Below are positions 10,581 to 18,278 of a DNA stretch of 64,000 bases, piece after piece. Source of the DNA: Desulfosoma sp. (lineage in GTDB: Bacteria; Desulfobacterota; Syntrophobacteria; Syntrophobacterales; DSM-9756); NCBI GenBank assembly GCA_037481875.1, contig JBBFKY010000001.1:285782-349781 (forward strand), in the 5' to 3' direction. Position numbers and translations under genes: made by a program. The notes beneath the pieces were generated by a model that was not told the origin of the DNA, did no database searches, and saw nothing but the letters and a program-made list of their open reading frames with translations. How positions within the stretch are numbered: position 1 is the first letter of the stretch; each line of letters begins with the position of its first letter.

Positions 10581-12251
10581 ATGGAAGATAAATATTCCAA
10601 TCTTCGACTAAAGTTTTTGGCTTCAATGCTGGCCTTTTCCTTGATTCCGCTCTTTATTGTGGGAATCAGCCTCTACTATCAGTTCGACAGAGCCTATCGG
10701 ACTCGAGTGGAAAACAACCTTGGAAGCTTGTTGAATGATCGTCGGCATGCCCTGGATCTTTTTTTTGAAGAACGCCTTTCCCAACTCTACACCGTGGCTT
10801 ACACCCAGACCTTTGACCAGATCAGCTCCCAGGAGAAACTCAACGAGATCTTTGACCTCATGCAGCGCCGCTCCAAATATTATGTGGACTTAGGGGTTAT
10901 TGATGATCAAGGCCATCATGTGGCCTATGTGGGGCCGTATTCCCTCAAAGGCGTTAATTACAAGGATTCCGATTGGTTTCAATCGGTGCGCCTTCGAGGG
11001 ATTCATATCAGCGATGTTTTCTTGGGGGTACGAAACTTTCCCCATTTTGTCATCGCGATCCTGCGTCGCGAAGGCGACAGGTCTTGGATTCTCAGGGCAA
11101 CCATCAACACGGATCTTTTTGAATCCATGGTCAAGGCGGCGCAAACGGGAGAATACGGTGATGCTTTTCTGCTCAATGAAGAAAACGTGCTGCAGACCTC
11201 CTCTCGCTTTCTGGGACCTGTTATGGCAAATCCGGGCATCCCCGCTCTGCCCCGGTTCGTCGGCACCCGCATCATGACCCAAGACGTCGGCCTGCGTTCC
11301 ATGATCGTCGGGGCCACATGGCTGACGAGCGTCCCCTGGATGCTGGTCGTCATGGAAGATCCTCAGGAAGAGTATCTTCCCATCCTTCAGACTCGATCTT
11401 TGGCTCTGATTCTTCTAGCGGCGGGTGTCGCTGCCGTGGTGCTCGGCGCCGTTTTTGTGGTGAACCTCATGATTTTGCAGCTTCAAGAAGCCGACCGGCA
11501 AAAAGCTTTGCTGGATGCAGACCTCATGCAGACGAGCAAAATGGCTGCCTTGGGTCGTTTGGCGGCGGGCATCGCCCATGAAATCAACAATCCTTTGGCT
11601 GTCATTCAGGAAAAGGCAGGTTGGATTCAGGATCTGTTAGAAGAGGAAGATCTCAGGAAAAGTGAGAATTTCAGAGAATTTGAAGCCGCCATCGCCAAGA
11701 TACAGCACCATGTGGATCGCGCCCGCAACGTGACCCATCGGCTTCTTGGTTTTGCACGCCGCATGGAACCCGTGAGACATCCCGTCAATGTGAACAAAGT
11801 TGTGGAGGAAACCCTGACCTTTTTGGAGAACGAAGCGCGGCATCGCAATATCACAATGCATGTGGAACTGGAGGAAGGTCTTCCGGAAGTGATCAGTGAC
11901 GGGGCTCAGGTGCAGCAAGTACTTTTGAACATCATCAATAACGCCATTGATGCTGTGCAAAAAGACGGGCATGTGTTCATCAAAACGCACTTCGAAAAGC
12001 CTTTGCAACAAGTGATGGTGGAAGTTCGGGATACGGGGCCGGGTATTCCGGATGAAATTTTGGACAAGATTTTCGATCCGTTCTTCACAACCAAAAAGCT
12101 TGGCAGCGGAACAGGCCTGGGGTTGAGTATCTGCCATAGCATCATGACGAAACTTGGAGGTCGCATTGAAGCACGCAACAGCCCTCAAGGGGGCGCCGTT
12201 TTTATCATCACCCTGCCCTTGCAGGCTCCGGGGGCGTCTCCTGCCATGTAA
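10581..12251 (+). CDS. Cache-domain sensor histidine kinase
   Basis: TM-dCache-TM; H-box [16 protein letters not shown]; ATG 10581 preferred over ORF start 10428. Confidence 0.88.
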   Translation: MEDKYSNLRLKFLASMLAFSLIPLFIVGISLYYQFDRAYRTRVENNLGSLLNDRRHALDLFFEERLSQLYTVAYTQTFDQISSQEKLNEIFDLMQRRSKYYVDLGVIDDQGHHVAYVGPYSLKGVNYKDSDWFQSVRLRGIHISDVFLGVRNFPHFVIAILRREGDRSWILRATINTDLFESMVKAAQTGEYGDAFLLNEENVLQTSSRFLGPVMANPGIPALPRFVGTRIMTQDVGLRSMIVGATWLTSVPWMLVVMEDPQEEYLPILQTRSLALILLAAGVAAVVLGAVFVVNLMILQLQEADRQKALLDADLMQTSKMAALGRLAAGIAHEINNPLAVIQEKAGWIQDLLEEEDLRKSENFREFEAAIAKIQHHVDRARNVTHRLLGFARRMEPVRHPVNVNKVVEETLTFLENEARHRNITMHVELEEGLPEVISDGAQVQQVLLNIINNAIDAVQKDGHVFIKTHFEKPLQQVMVEVRDTGPGIPDEILDKIFDPFFTTKKLGSGTGLGLSICHSIMTKLGGRIEARNSPQGGAVFIITLPLQAPGASPAM

Positions 12252-12298
12252 AAAAGCCGGTCAGGGAGAGAGAACGTGTTGAAGGGAGGTATGGTTCT

Positions 12299-12697
12299 AT
12301 GGATCGGCCACCGTACCGAGTGATGGTCGTGGACGACGAAGCCGATTTTCTGGAAACCCTTGTTCGACGTCTGGAAAAGCGTCAAGTGGAGGTCGTCGGG
12401 GTTCCGGGGGGGCGGGAAGCCTTGGAAGTTCTTTCGCAGCGCCCTGTGGATGTGGTGATTTTGGATGTGCGCATGCCCGGCATGGACGGTTTGGAGGTGC
12501 TTCAGGAAATCAAAAAGCGCTGGCCTCTTGTGGAAGTTATTCTGCTCACGGGACATGCCTCGGTGGAATCCGGACTTCAGGGCATGGAATTGGGGGCTTT
12601 CGATTACGTCATGAAACCCTGTAAGCTGACTGAGCTTTTACCGAAGATTGAGCTGGCCTATGAACGCAAATGCCTTCGCGAAAAAGCTTTGCAATGA
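12299..12697 (+). CDS. Single-domain response regulator (receiver only)
   Basis: VVDDE, LDVRMPGMDG, LTGH, YVMKP; GGAGG RBS. Confidence 0.9.
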   Translation: MDRPPYRVMVVDDEADFLETLVRRLEKRQVEVVGVPGGREALEVLSQRPVDVVILDVRMPGMDGLEVLQEIKKRWPLVEVILLTGHASVESGLQGMELGAFDYVMKPCKLTELLPKIELAYERKCLREKALQ

Positions 12698-13633
12698 ATC
12701 GGCCCCCACGAGAAGAAAGAGCGAATGGAGTCCCAGAGTGAGCATTCCGGCGCATATGGGCGTCAGAACCCATCCGAGACCGATTTTGAGCACCACTCTT
12801 TTGTTAATGGTTTGAAGTCCTTTGACGAACCCAATGCCCACAACAGCGCCCACCACGGCCTGGGAGGACGACACGGGCACCGCCACCTGGGTGAACAGGT
12901 GAAGGGTGGCGGCTTCGGCAAACACCACGACCATGGCCGAAAAAGGATCCAAAGGCACGATTCCTTTGCCCACCGTCATCATGACACGCCCGCTGTACGT
13001 GAGGACCCCTGAGGCAATGCTCAAACCTCCGATCAGAGCCCCCAGACGAAGGTCCAGAAGTCCCGAGGTGACATAGACCCCTGTGACGTTGGCCACACTG
13101 TTGGCTCCCAAACTGTAGGCTGCGTAACAGCCGGTTACCAGCACGGCCACGAAATAGAACCGGTTTCGAGCCGAGAAAGACTTGATCTGGACCGTCACGA
13201 GTTTTTCAAGGCCACGATGCAAAAGGCTGCTGGCGATCAGGGCACTAAGCGGGGTGAGAGTCCAGCAGATCACAATTTTGGTCAGTTGAGAAAAATCAGG
13301 GGACGAGTTCAGAAGGGACCAGCCGAGAATGGCCCCCACAAGGGCTTGAGATGTGGAAGCCGGGACACCTGCTCGTGTGAGCGCCGTCATGGTCACGGCG
13401 GTAGAGCTGGTCAAAATGAAAGCGGTGTCGGCGTGAACATAGGCCAGCTTGGCATAAGTGCTTACGCACTTGGTTCCTTCCACGACCGCTCCCAAAACCA
13501 CATAAGCCGCGGTAAGCCAAAGGGCTTGGGAGAAGCGCAGAAGGCCACTGGCCACAGCGGTTCCGAAAATATTGGCGCAATGATTCGCCCCCAGACTCCA
13601 TCCCAGAAAAAGCCCGCCGAAGATCCGCCACAT
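12638..13633 (-). CDS. pit: PiT-family inorganic phosphate transporter
   Basis: Both PiT signature repeats: GANHCANIFG and GANSVANVTG; PVSSSQAVVGAVVGIG. Confidence 0.88.
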   Translation of the reverse strand: MWRIFGGLFLGWSLGANHCANIFGTAVASGLLRFSQALWLTAAYVVLGAVVEGTKCVSTYAKLAYVHADTAFILTSSTAVTMTALTRAGVPASTSQALVGAILGWSLLNSSPDFSQLTKIVICWTLTPLSALIASSLLHRGLEKLVTVQIKSFSARNRFYFVAVLVTGCYAAYSLGANSVANVTGVYVTSGLLDLRLGALIGGLSIASGVLTYSGRVMMTVGKGIVPLDPFSAMVVVFAEAATLHLFTQVAVPVSSSQAVVGAVVGIGFVKGLQTINKRVVLKIGLGWVLTPICAGMLTLGLHSLFLLVGADSLQSFFAKAFAFIGQLNLR

Positions 13634-13662
13634 TACTCCCGCCCCTCTTGTTCAGAACCTGT

Positions 13663-14289
13663 CTAGCGGAAGCTCACGGTGAGCACATAAAGGGCGTCGC
13701 TGGCATCTTCAATGAGGTCGCTAAAGGTGGTGAGGCTTTCAAGAAAGTCGGCGTAAAACTTGCCCTGCCAAAACTCGGAGACAGGAAGACTGTGGATTTT
13801 TTGGTAGATTTCCGCTTTTAGGTCGTCGACGCGTTTTTCCAAAATGCGAATGGCCAAGACCTGTTCGCGAATGTCCTGGCCTTGGACGGCCCTTTGAAAG
13901 GCGATGCTGAGGATTTCACACATTTCCTTGTTAAGCGAGGTGATGGTACGGCATTCTTCAGCAGTGGAGTCATGGAGATTGATGCGTTCAAAATACCGTG
14001 CCGTGTCTTCCACGGTATCAAAAGCTTGGTCCACCAGTTCCACGAAACGACATAAATTTGGCCGAATATAGGGTAGAAAAGCCCCTTCGAAGATGATGGA
14101 CAAAGCGTGACGTCTGGCCATGTCACCTTCACGTTCCAGGTCGTAGATGGTTTCGGCTCGTGATTTTTCGCCTTGATGAATAAGATCGGCCAAGACTCCA
14201 TTGGCCGAGCACAGGAGACGCAGATGCTCGTGCATGGCCGTGAGAGCGGCTTCCTCTTTGCGGTCTCCGCGCATCCACTTCTTAAACAT
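13663..14289 (-). CDS. DUF47 / PhoU-like phosphate transport regulator
   Basis: LEREGDMARR and LEKRVDDLK repeats typical of DUF47; directly upstream of pit; start 14289. Confidence 0.82.
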   Translation of the reverse strand: MFKKWMRGDRKEEAALTAMHEHLRLLCSANGVLADLIHQGEKSRAETIYDLEREGDMARRHALSIIFEGAFLPYIRPNLCRFVELVDQAFDTVEDTARYFERINLHDSTAEECRTITSLNKEMCEILSIAFQRAVQGQDIREQVLAIRILEKRVDDLKAEIYQKIHSLPVSEFWQGKFYADFLESLTTFSDLIEDASDALYVLTVSFR

Positions 14290-14683
14290 GAGCGTTCCTT
14301 GCCCTATCGATGAGCGCAGCCTGCATAATGTCCATAAGGGCGACGACGCCCACAAGCTTTCCCTGGTCGCAGACGAAGACTCGAGCCACATTGGCCTGTT
14401 CCATAAGGGCCGCCACATTCTGGACGCTTTCATCCTTGGACACGCATCGCAGAGGCCGACACGCGATATCTCCCACGCGAACCGTCATAGGATTCAGCCC
14501 TTTGGCCAGCACCTTAAAGACGACATCCCGGGCCGTGACCACCCCATCCGTTTCCGAAGGCTGAGAGGCCCGCACAAGCAGGGATCGAATGCGCTTGTCG
14601 ACCATTTTCTCAAGAGCCTCGTAGACCGTAGCGTTGGATGAAATCGACTCCAGCTTTCGTGTCATGATCTCTTCCAGTTTCAT
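14282..14683 (-). CDS. CBS-pair protein
   Basis: Two CBS motifs (LEEIMTRKLESIS..; VGDIACRPLRCV..GKLVGVVALMDI). Confidence 0.85.
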   Translation of the reverse strand: MKLEEIMTRKLESISSNATVYEALEKMVDKRIRSLLVRASQPSETDGVVTARDVVFKVLAKGLNPMTVRVGDIACRPLRCVSKDESVQNVAALMEQANVARVFVCDQGKLVGVVALMDIMQAALIDRARNAHV

Positions 14684-14732
14684 AAGCTCCTCTTCCTGGA
14701 ACTCTTTGCAGGGGTTTCACGAACCCGGAAAA

Positions 14733-15506
14733 CTAAAGACGGGATACGTAGACAACGGCGGGCAGCCTCTGCGTTTCCTGAAGCCGGGCTTGAGCGTCGT
14801 TGAGGCTGACCGATTCCACTTGGGCCGTGCCCAAAACTCGACCATCATGGGTAACAATCTTTACAGTGTCCCCCGGCGCCAGACCGTCGGTGCTTCCCAG
14901 CCCGAAAAAAACGGTGATGGTTTTGTCCTTGTTTTGAAGGGTTCGATAAACCGGTGCCATGCCTTGTCGCCGCAACTCTTGGTCCATCTTGTCACCAGCC
15001 TTATAGGACAACCAGAAGCACAACACAAGAATCGGAAAAGCGCAGGCGGCCCCAACCCAGGGGCTGACACCAAGGTAACGCTGCACAAGGGATCGCTGTG
15101 AAGCGTGGTAGAGCTGCGCATCGGCGAAAACGTGCAAGGAGTACAAAGGGTTTTCGGCAGCTTCCTCAGGTTTTTCTCCATGCAGGAACACGCGGAGGGT
15201 ATAGGAGCCCTCGGGGGTTGTCGGCTCCACGGTGAGCTGAGCTCGCCAGAGCCGGCCTGTTGCTTCAAGAAACTGAAGGGAAACGCCAGGAGCCGTGGTT
15301 TCGTAGGTCAACCAACGTAAATCGGGAATGGCCGCTTCCGTCTTTCCCGCCACAGGTTTTTCCATGCCGGGGTACAGGCGAATCTCACGTTTCGGGGTTC
15401 GAAGGATATCCAAAATACCGTCAAGGACGCACAGGATCAGTATAAGCCCGACCACAAGGCCGAGCTTCTGAAATACCGTTGGTTGGGCTCCATGGGTAGA
15501 GGCCAT
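14733..15506 (-). CDS. Conserved hypothetical membrane protein (TM, beta-rich extracytoplasmic domain, TM, small beta C-terminal domain)
   Basis: Hydrophobic N-terminus, second TM at WVGAACAFPILVLCFW, C-terminal FFGLGSTDGLAPGD motif; co-oriented within the TauE operon. Confidence 0.6.
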   Translation of the reverse strand: MASTHGAQPTVFQKLGLVVGLILILCVLDGILDILRTPKREIRLYPGMEKPVAGKTEAAIPDLRWLTYETTAPGVSLQFLEATGRLWRAQLTVEPTTPEGSYTLRVFLHGEKPEEAAENPLYSLHVFADAQLYHASQRSLVQRYLGVSPWVGAACAFPILVLCFWLSYKAGDKMDQELRRQGMAPVYRTLQNKDKTITVFFGLGSTDGLAPGDTVKIVTHDGRVLGTAQVESVSLNDAQARLQETQRLPAVVYVSRL

Positions 15507-15507
15507 G

Positions 15508-15723
15508 TCAGTTCTCTCCGTGTGCGGTCAGACTGACTCCGGACAGACGCCGCACAAGGATCCAAGCCGTCAGCACGGTAACAAAGGCCATGGGCAGGTA
15601 GGTTTTGAGAAATACATTAGCCATGGCTTTTCCATAAGGCGCGCTCCAGTACATGCTTACCGCCAGCTCTGCCAGAAGCAATAGATCCATAAGGAGAACG
15701 ATCAGTCTTTTCCGCGTTATCAT
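15508..15723 (-). CDS. Small two-TM membrane protein
   Basis: MITRKRLIVLLMDLLLLAELAVSMY...; GGAGG RBS before ATG 15723. Confidence 0.6.
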   Translation of the reverse strand: MITRKRLIVLLMDLLLLAELAVSMYWSAPYGKAMANVFLKTYLPMAFVTVLTAWILVRRLSGVSLTAHGEN

Positions 15724-15841
15724 GGCGACCTCCCGGTCCTGAACGGAGTTCCCTTTTTTTGTTCCACTCCTTGCAAAGCGGGCTTCGGCGCGAGAAGAGT
15801 TCGCCGAAGCACCGCTCACAATCACAAAAAGGCCGTTATTT

Positions 15842-16180
15842 TTATTTTTTCTTTAGATCTTGTTTGGAGACATTCATAATGCGTACTGCGATGCGCTCTG
15901 TGTTTTGGGTTCGAAAAGCGATACGTATCACATCCCCGGGTTGTGGTGGAATGCCGATAAGGGTTTGTTTCACGATCTTATACTCGGACGTCACTCCCGT
16001 GGGACGGCCGTAGGGATGTTCCTGGCTCTTGTGCGTATCGAATTCCTCGATAGTCAACGTGTTGTTGGCTTTGTCCACCGAGAGAACTTTTCCTTGAGCG
16101 ACCTCTGCGGCCAGGCTGACGGATGTCATGACAAGTGAGGCCGCAAAGACCAAAAGGGCGCCAAACAGGATTCGTTTCAT
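15842..16180 (-). CDS. Secreted small OB-fold-like hypothetical protein
   Basis: Signal peptide MKRILFGALLVFAASLVMTSVSLA-A; GKVLSVDKANNTLTI beta pattern; GGAGG RBS. Confidence 0.65.
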   Translation of the reverse strand: MKRILFGALLVFAASLVMTSVSLAAEVAQGKVLSVDKANNTLTIEEFDTHKSQEHPYGRPTGVTSEYKIVKQTLIGIPPQPGDVIRIAFRTQNTERIAVRIMNVSKQDLKKK

Positions 16181-16358
16181 GAAAAGACCTCCAGTTTTAG
16201 GGTTTTTTGAACTCATGTGTCGCTTGCCGCAATCGACTCTATCGGCCGGCTCATGGCTCTCGCAAGCTCACAAAAGCTTATTGTTTGAACTTATCGTTGA
16301 GATCCGGAACCTCATGGACCGGCCGCGCTTTGGCGCCACCGGTCATGAATGTGCCAAG

Positions 16359-17396
16359 CTAGTGTAGTCGGGCTGCCGCTTCTCGAGCCCTCTTTTCCCG
16401 AAGCTCTTGAGCTGCTCCTCTGAACATGATGACACAGATATAAAGCGAAATCACACTGATGGCTCCAAGGACCACCACGGCAGCGGAGTTCGAAAATCCG
16501 TACTGCTTCAGAATGATGGAGACCATGCAGGCCAACACGGCAGCGCCGAAAAGGATGCGAATGCCGTAACCTTTGGCATACTTCGTGGCCACGGTGCCGA
16601 TTTGAGCACCAATGGCAGCTCCGGTCAGCATCACAAAGACCGCCACCAATTCGATTCTTCCCTTCAAGCTGTAGGTGAAAGCTCCGTAGAGGCCTGAAAT
16701 CATAACTTCAAAAAGATCGGTGCCCACCGCGATATGCGTCGGACAACCGATGAGATACACCAGAGCGGGCATTCTCAACAACCCGCCGCCGATGCCCAGG
16801 AAACCGGCCAAGACGCCCGTGGCGTAGCTCACCATGATGGGAAGCCAAGCGGAACAGGTGAACCCGGCCGTCTTGAAATGGACCATGGGAGGAATACGAA
16901 TCTTGTGAAGCGTCTTGTACCAGGTGATACCTTCCGTGCCTTTTTCGCCATCCACAATGCCGGCTCTTTTCTTCTTTTCCGCTTTATAAAAGTCATAGAA
17001 CACGAGCCAGGCGATAAGGGCGAGAAAACCCACGTAAACCCAACGAACCACACCACCAACGACACCTAAACGCTCCAGATACATGATAAGCTGGGCACCG
17101 CATTCAATGCCCACCATGGTCCCTATGATCATGACAATTCCAAGCTTGTAGTCTACGTTGCCGAACTTGGAATGACGCATGGTGGACACCATGGACTTTC
17201 CTGCGATATGAGCAATATCGGTTCCGATGGCAAAGGCCATGGGAAATCCCAAAATGTTTAAACCTGGGGTGACCATCCAGGCGCCGCCCATGCCGAAAAA
17301 CCCGCCGATGACGCCCACGGAAAATCCGATAATAACCAGGCCAGGCCACAAAATGTCCATTCCTGCAATGGGCATGTAAAGATACAACCAATCCAT
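16359..17396 (-). CDS. TauE/SafE (DUF81) family permease
   Basis: Two repeats with GFFGMGGAWMVTP and GFLGIGGGLLRMP, AIGTD and AVGTD motifs. Confidence 0.9.
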   Translation of the reverse strand: MDWLYLYMPIAGMDILWPGLVIIGFSVGVIGGFFGMGGAWMVTPGLNILGFPMAFAIGTDIAHIAGKSMVSTMRHSKFGNVDYKLGIVMIIGTMVGIECGAQLIMYLERLGVVGGVVRWVYVGFLALIAWLVFYDFYKAEKKKRAGIVDGEKGTEGITWYKTLHKIRIPPMVHFKTAGFTCSAWLPIMVSYATGVLAGFLGIGGGLLRMPALVYLIGCPTHIAVGTDLFEVMISGLYGAFTYSLKGRIELVAVFVMLTGAAIGAQIGTVATKYAKGYGIRILFGAAVLACMVSIILKQYGFSNSAAVVVLGAISVISLYICVIMFRGAAQELREKRAREAAARLH

Positions 17397-17418
17397 GGGA
17401 ATCCTCCTTTCAAGTGGA

Positions 17419-17721
17419 TTAGTGCTCTACAATTTTGCGGCTCTTAAGATCCAAGCCAGTGCGGGCCATAAGAAAATCCATCAAGAAGCCAAGAAATGTT
17501 CCATACAAGGCAGTCAAGACCACGGCCCAGACCGCAAAAAGGAGCGTATTGGTGTTGTAAAGGTCGGCGATGTACTTGACGAAAGCGTTGTTAAGCACAC
17601 GTGTGTCGGCCACCACGATGAGCTGGGCGACTTTTTCACCTCCGGCAGCCCATGCCAAGGACGGTACAACACTTAAGAACCCTGCCACCATGACGGCAAT
17701 TTTCTTTGCAAGCTTTCTCAT
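17419..17721 (-). CDS. DVU0150-like small membrane protein
   Basis: Signal-like N-terminus, VVADTR motif, one TM, TGLDLKSR..EH C-terminus; upstream of the TauE gene and divergent from the sigma54 activator as recalled for DVU0150; AGGAGG RBS. Confidence 0.65.
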   Translation of the reverse strand: MRKLAKKIAVMVAGFLSVVPSLAWAAGGEKVAQLIVVADTRVLNNAFVKYIADLYNTNTLLFAVWAVVLTALYGTFLGFLMDFLMARTGLDLKSRKIVEH

Positions 17722-17904
17722 GGTTTGTTCCTCCTGCCTTCTGCCTTTGTCCATTTCTGATTCCATCCCGCTGAAGTCCTGTCTTATGTTTGTCATCGAG
17801 TTCCTTTGATCTGCACACCTCCTTTCCTTTTCCCTGTGCGTCTGCCTCTCTTATTTGGATCGATAATTTTTGTCCTTATGGCTGTCTTGCCAGCCTGAAA
17901 AAGG

Positions 17905-17920
17905 ATCAAAAGCCGTGCCG
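17905..17920 (-). promoter_or_regulatory. Putative sigma54 promoter for the DVU0150-like/TauE operon
   Basis: Minus strand CGGCACGGCTTTTGAT: GG at -24, TTGA instead of TTGC at -12, correct spacing. Confidence 0.55.
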
Positions 17921-18231
17921 GTTTCTGGAGCGAGCATTGCGCGATAGCCTATAAAGTTAAGTTTGAAGCCGCTTACATTTTTTCAAGAAAAAAAATCGCG
18001 CATTTCGATCAAGGTCAGAGAAAGTGTCTCGCAATGGTTTGCTGACGCTATGCCATATTGAACAACTACTTGGAATAACATGGATAAACTGTTAGACACG
18101 CAGAACTGACAAAACCCTTGACAGCAGCATTCAAGCCGATCACGATCAAAAGAAAGCTCGATAGAACTTTTTATTCAATACATACAATGAGATAAGTGGA
18201 CCAAGAGCCCCGCTCCTTGAAGGCTTTGTCT

Positions 18232-18246
18232 TGGCACAAAACCTGC
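18232..18246 (+). promoter_or_regulatory. Putative sigma54 promoter for the activator/PEP-synthase-like operon
   Basis: TGGCACAAAACCTGC: GG-N10-GC. Confidence 0.6.
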
Positions 18247-18278
18247 CTAGGGGAAAATGCTGAAGGCAGTATCAAGGG

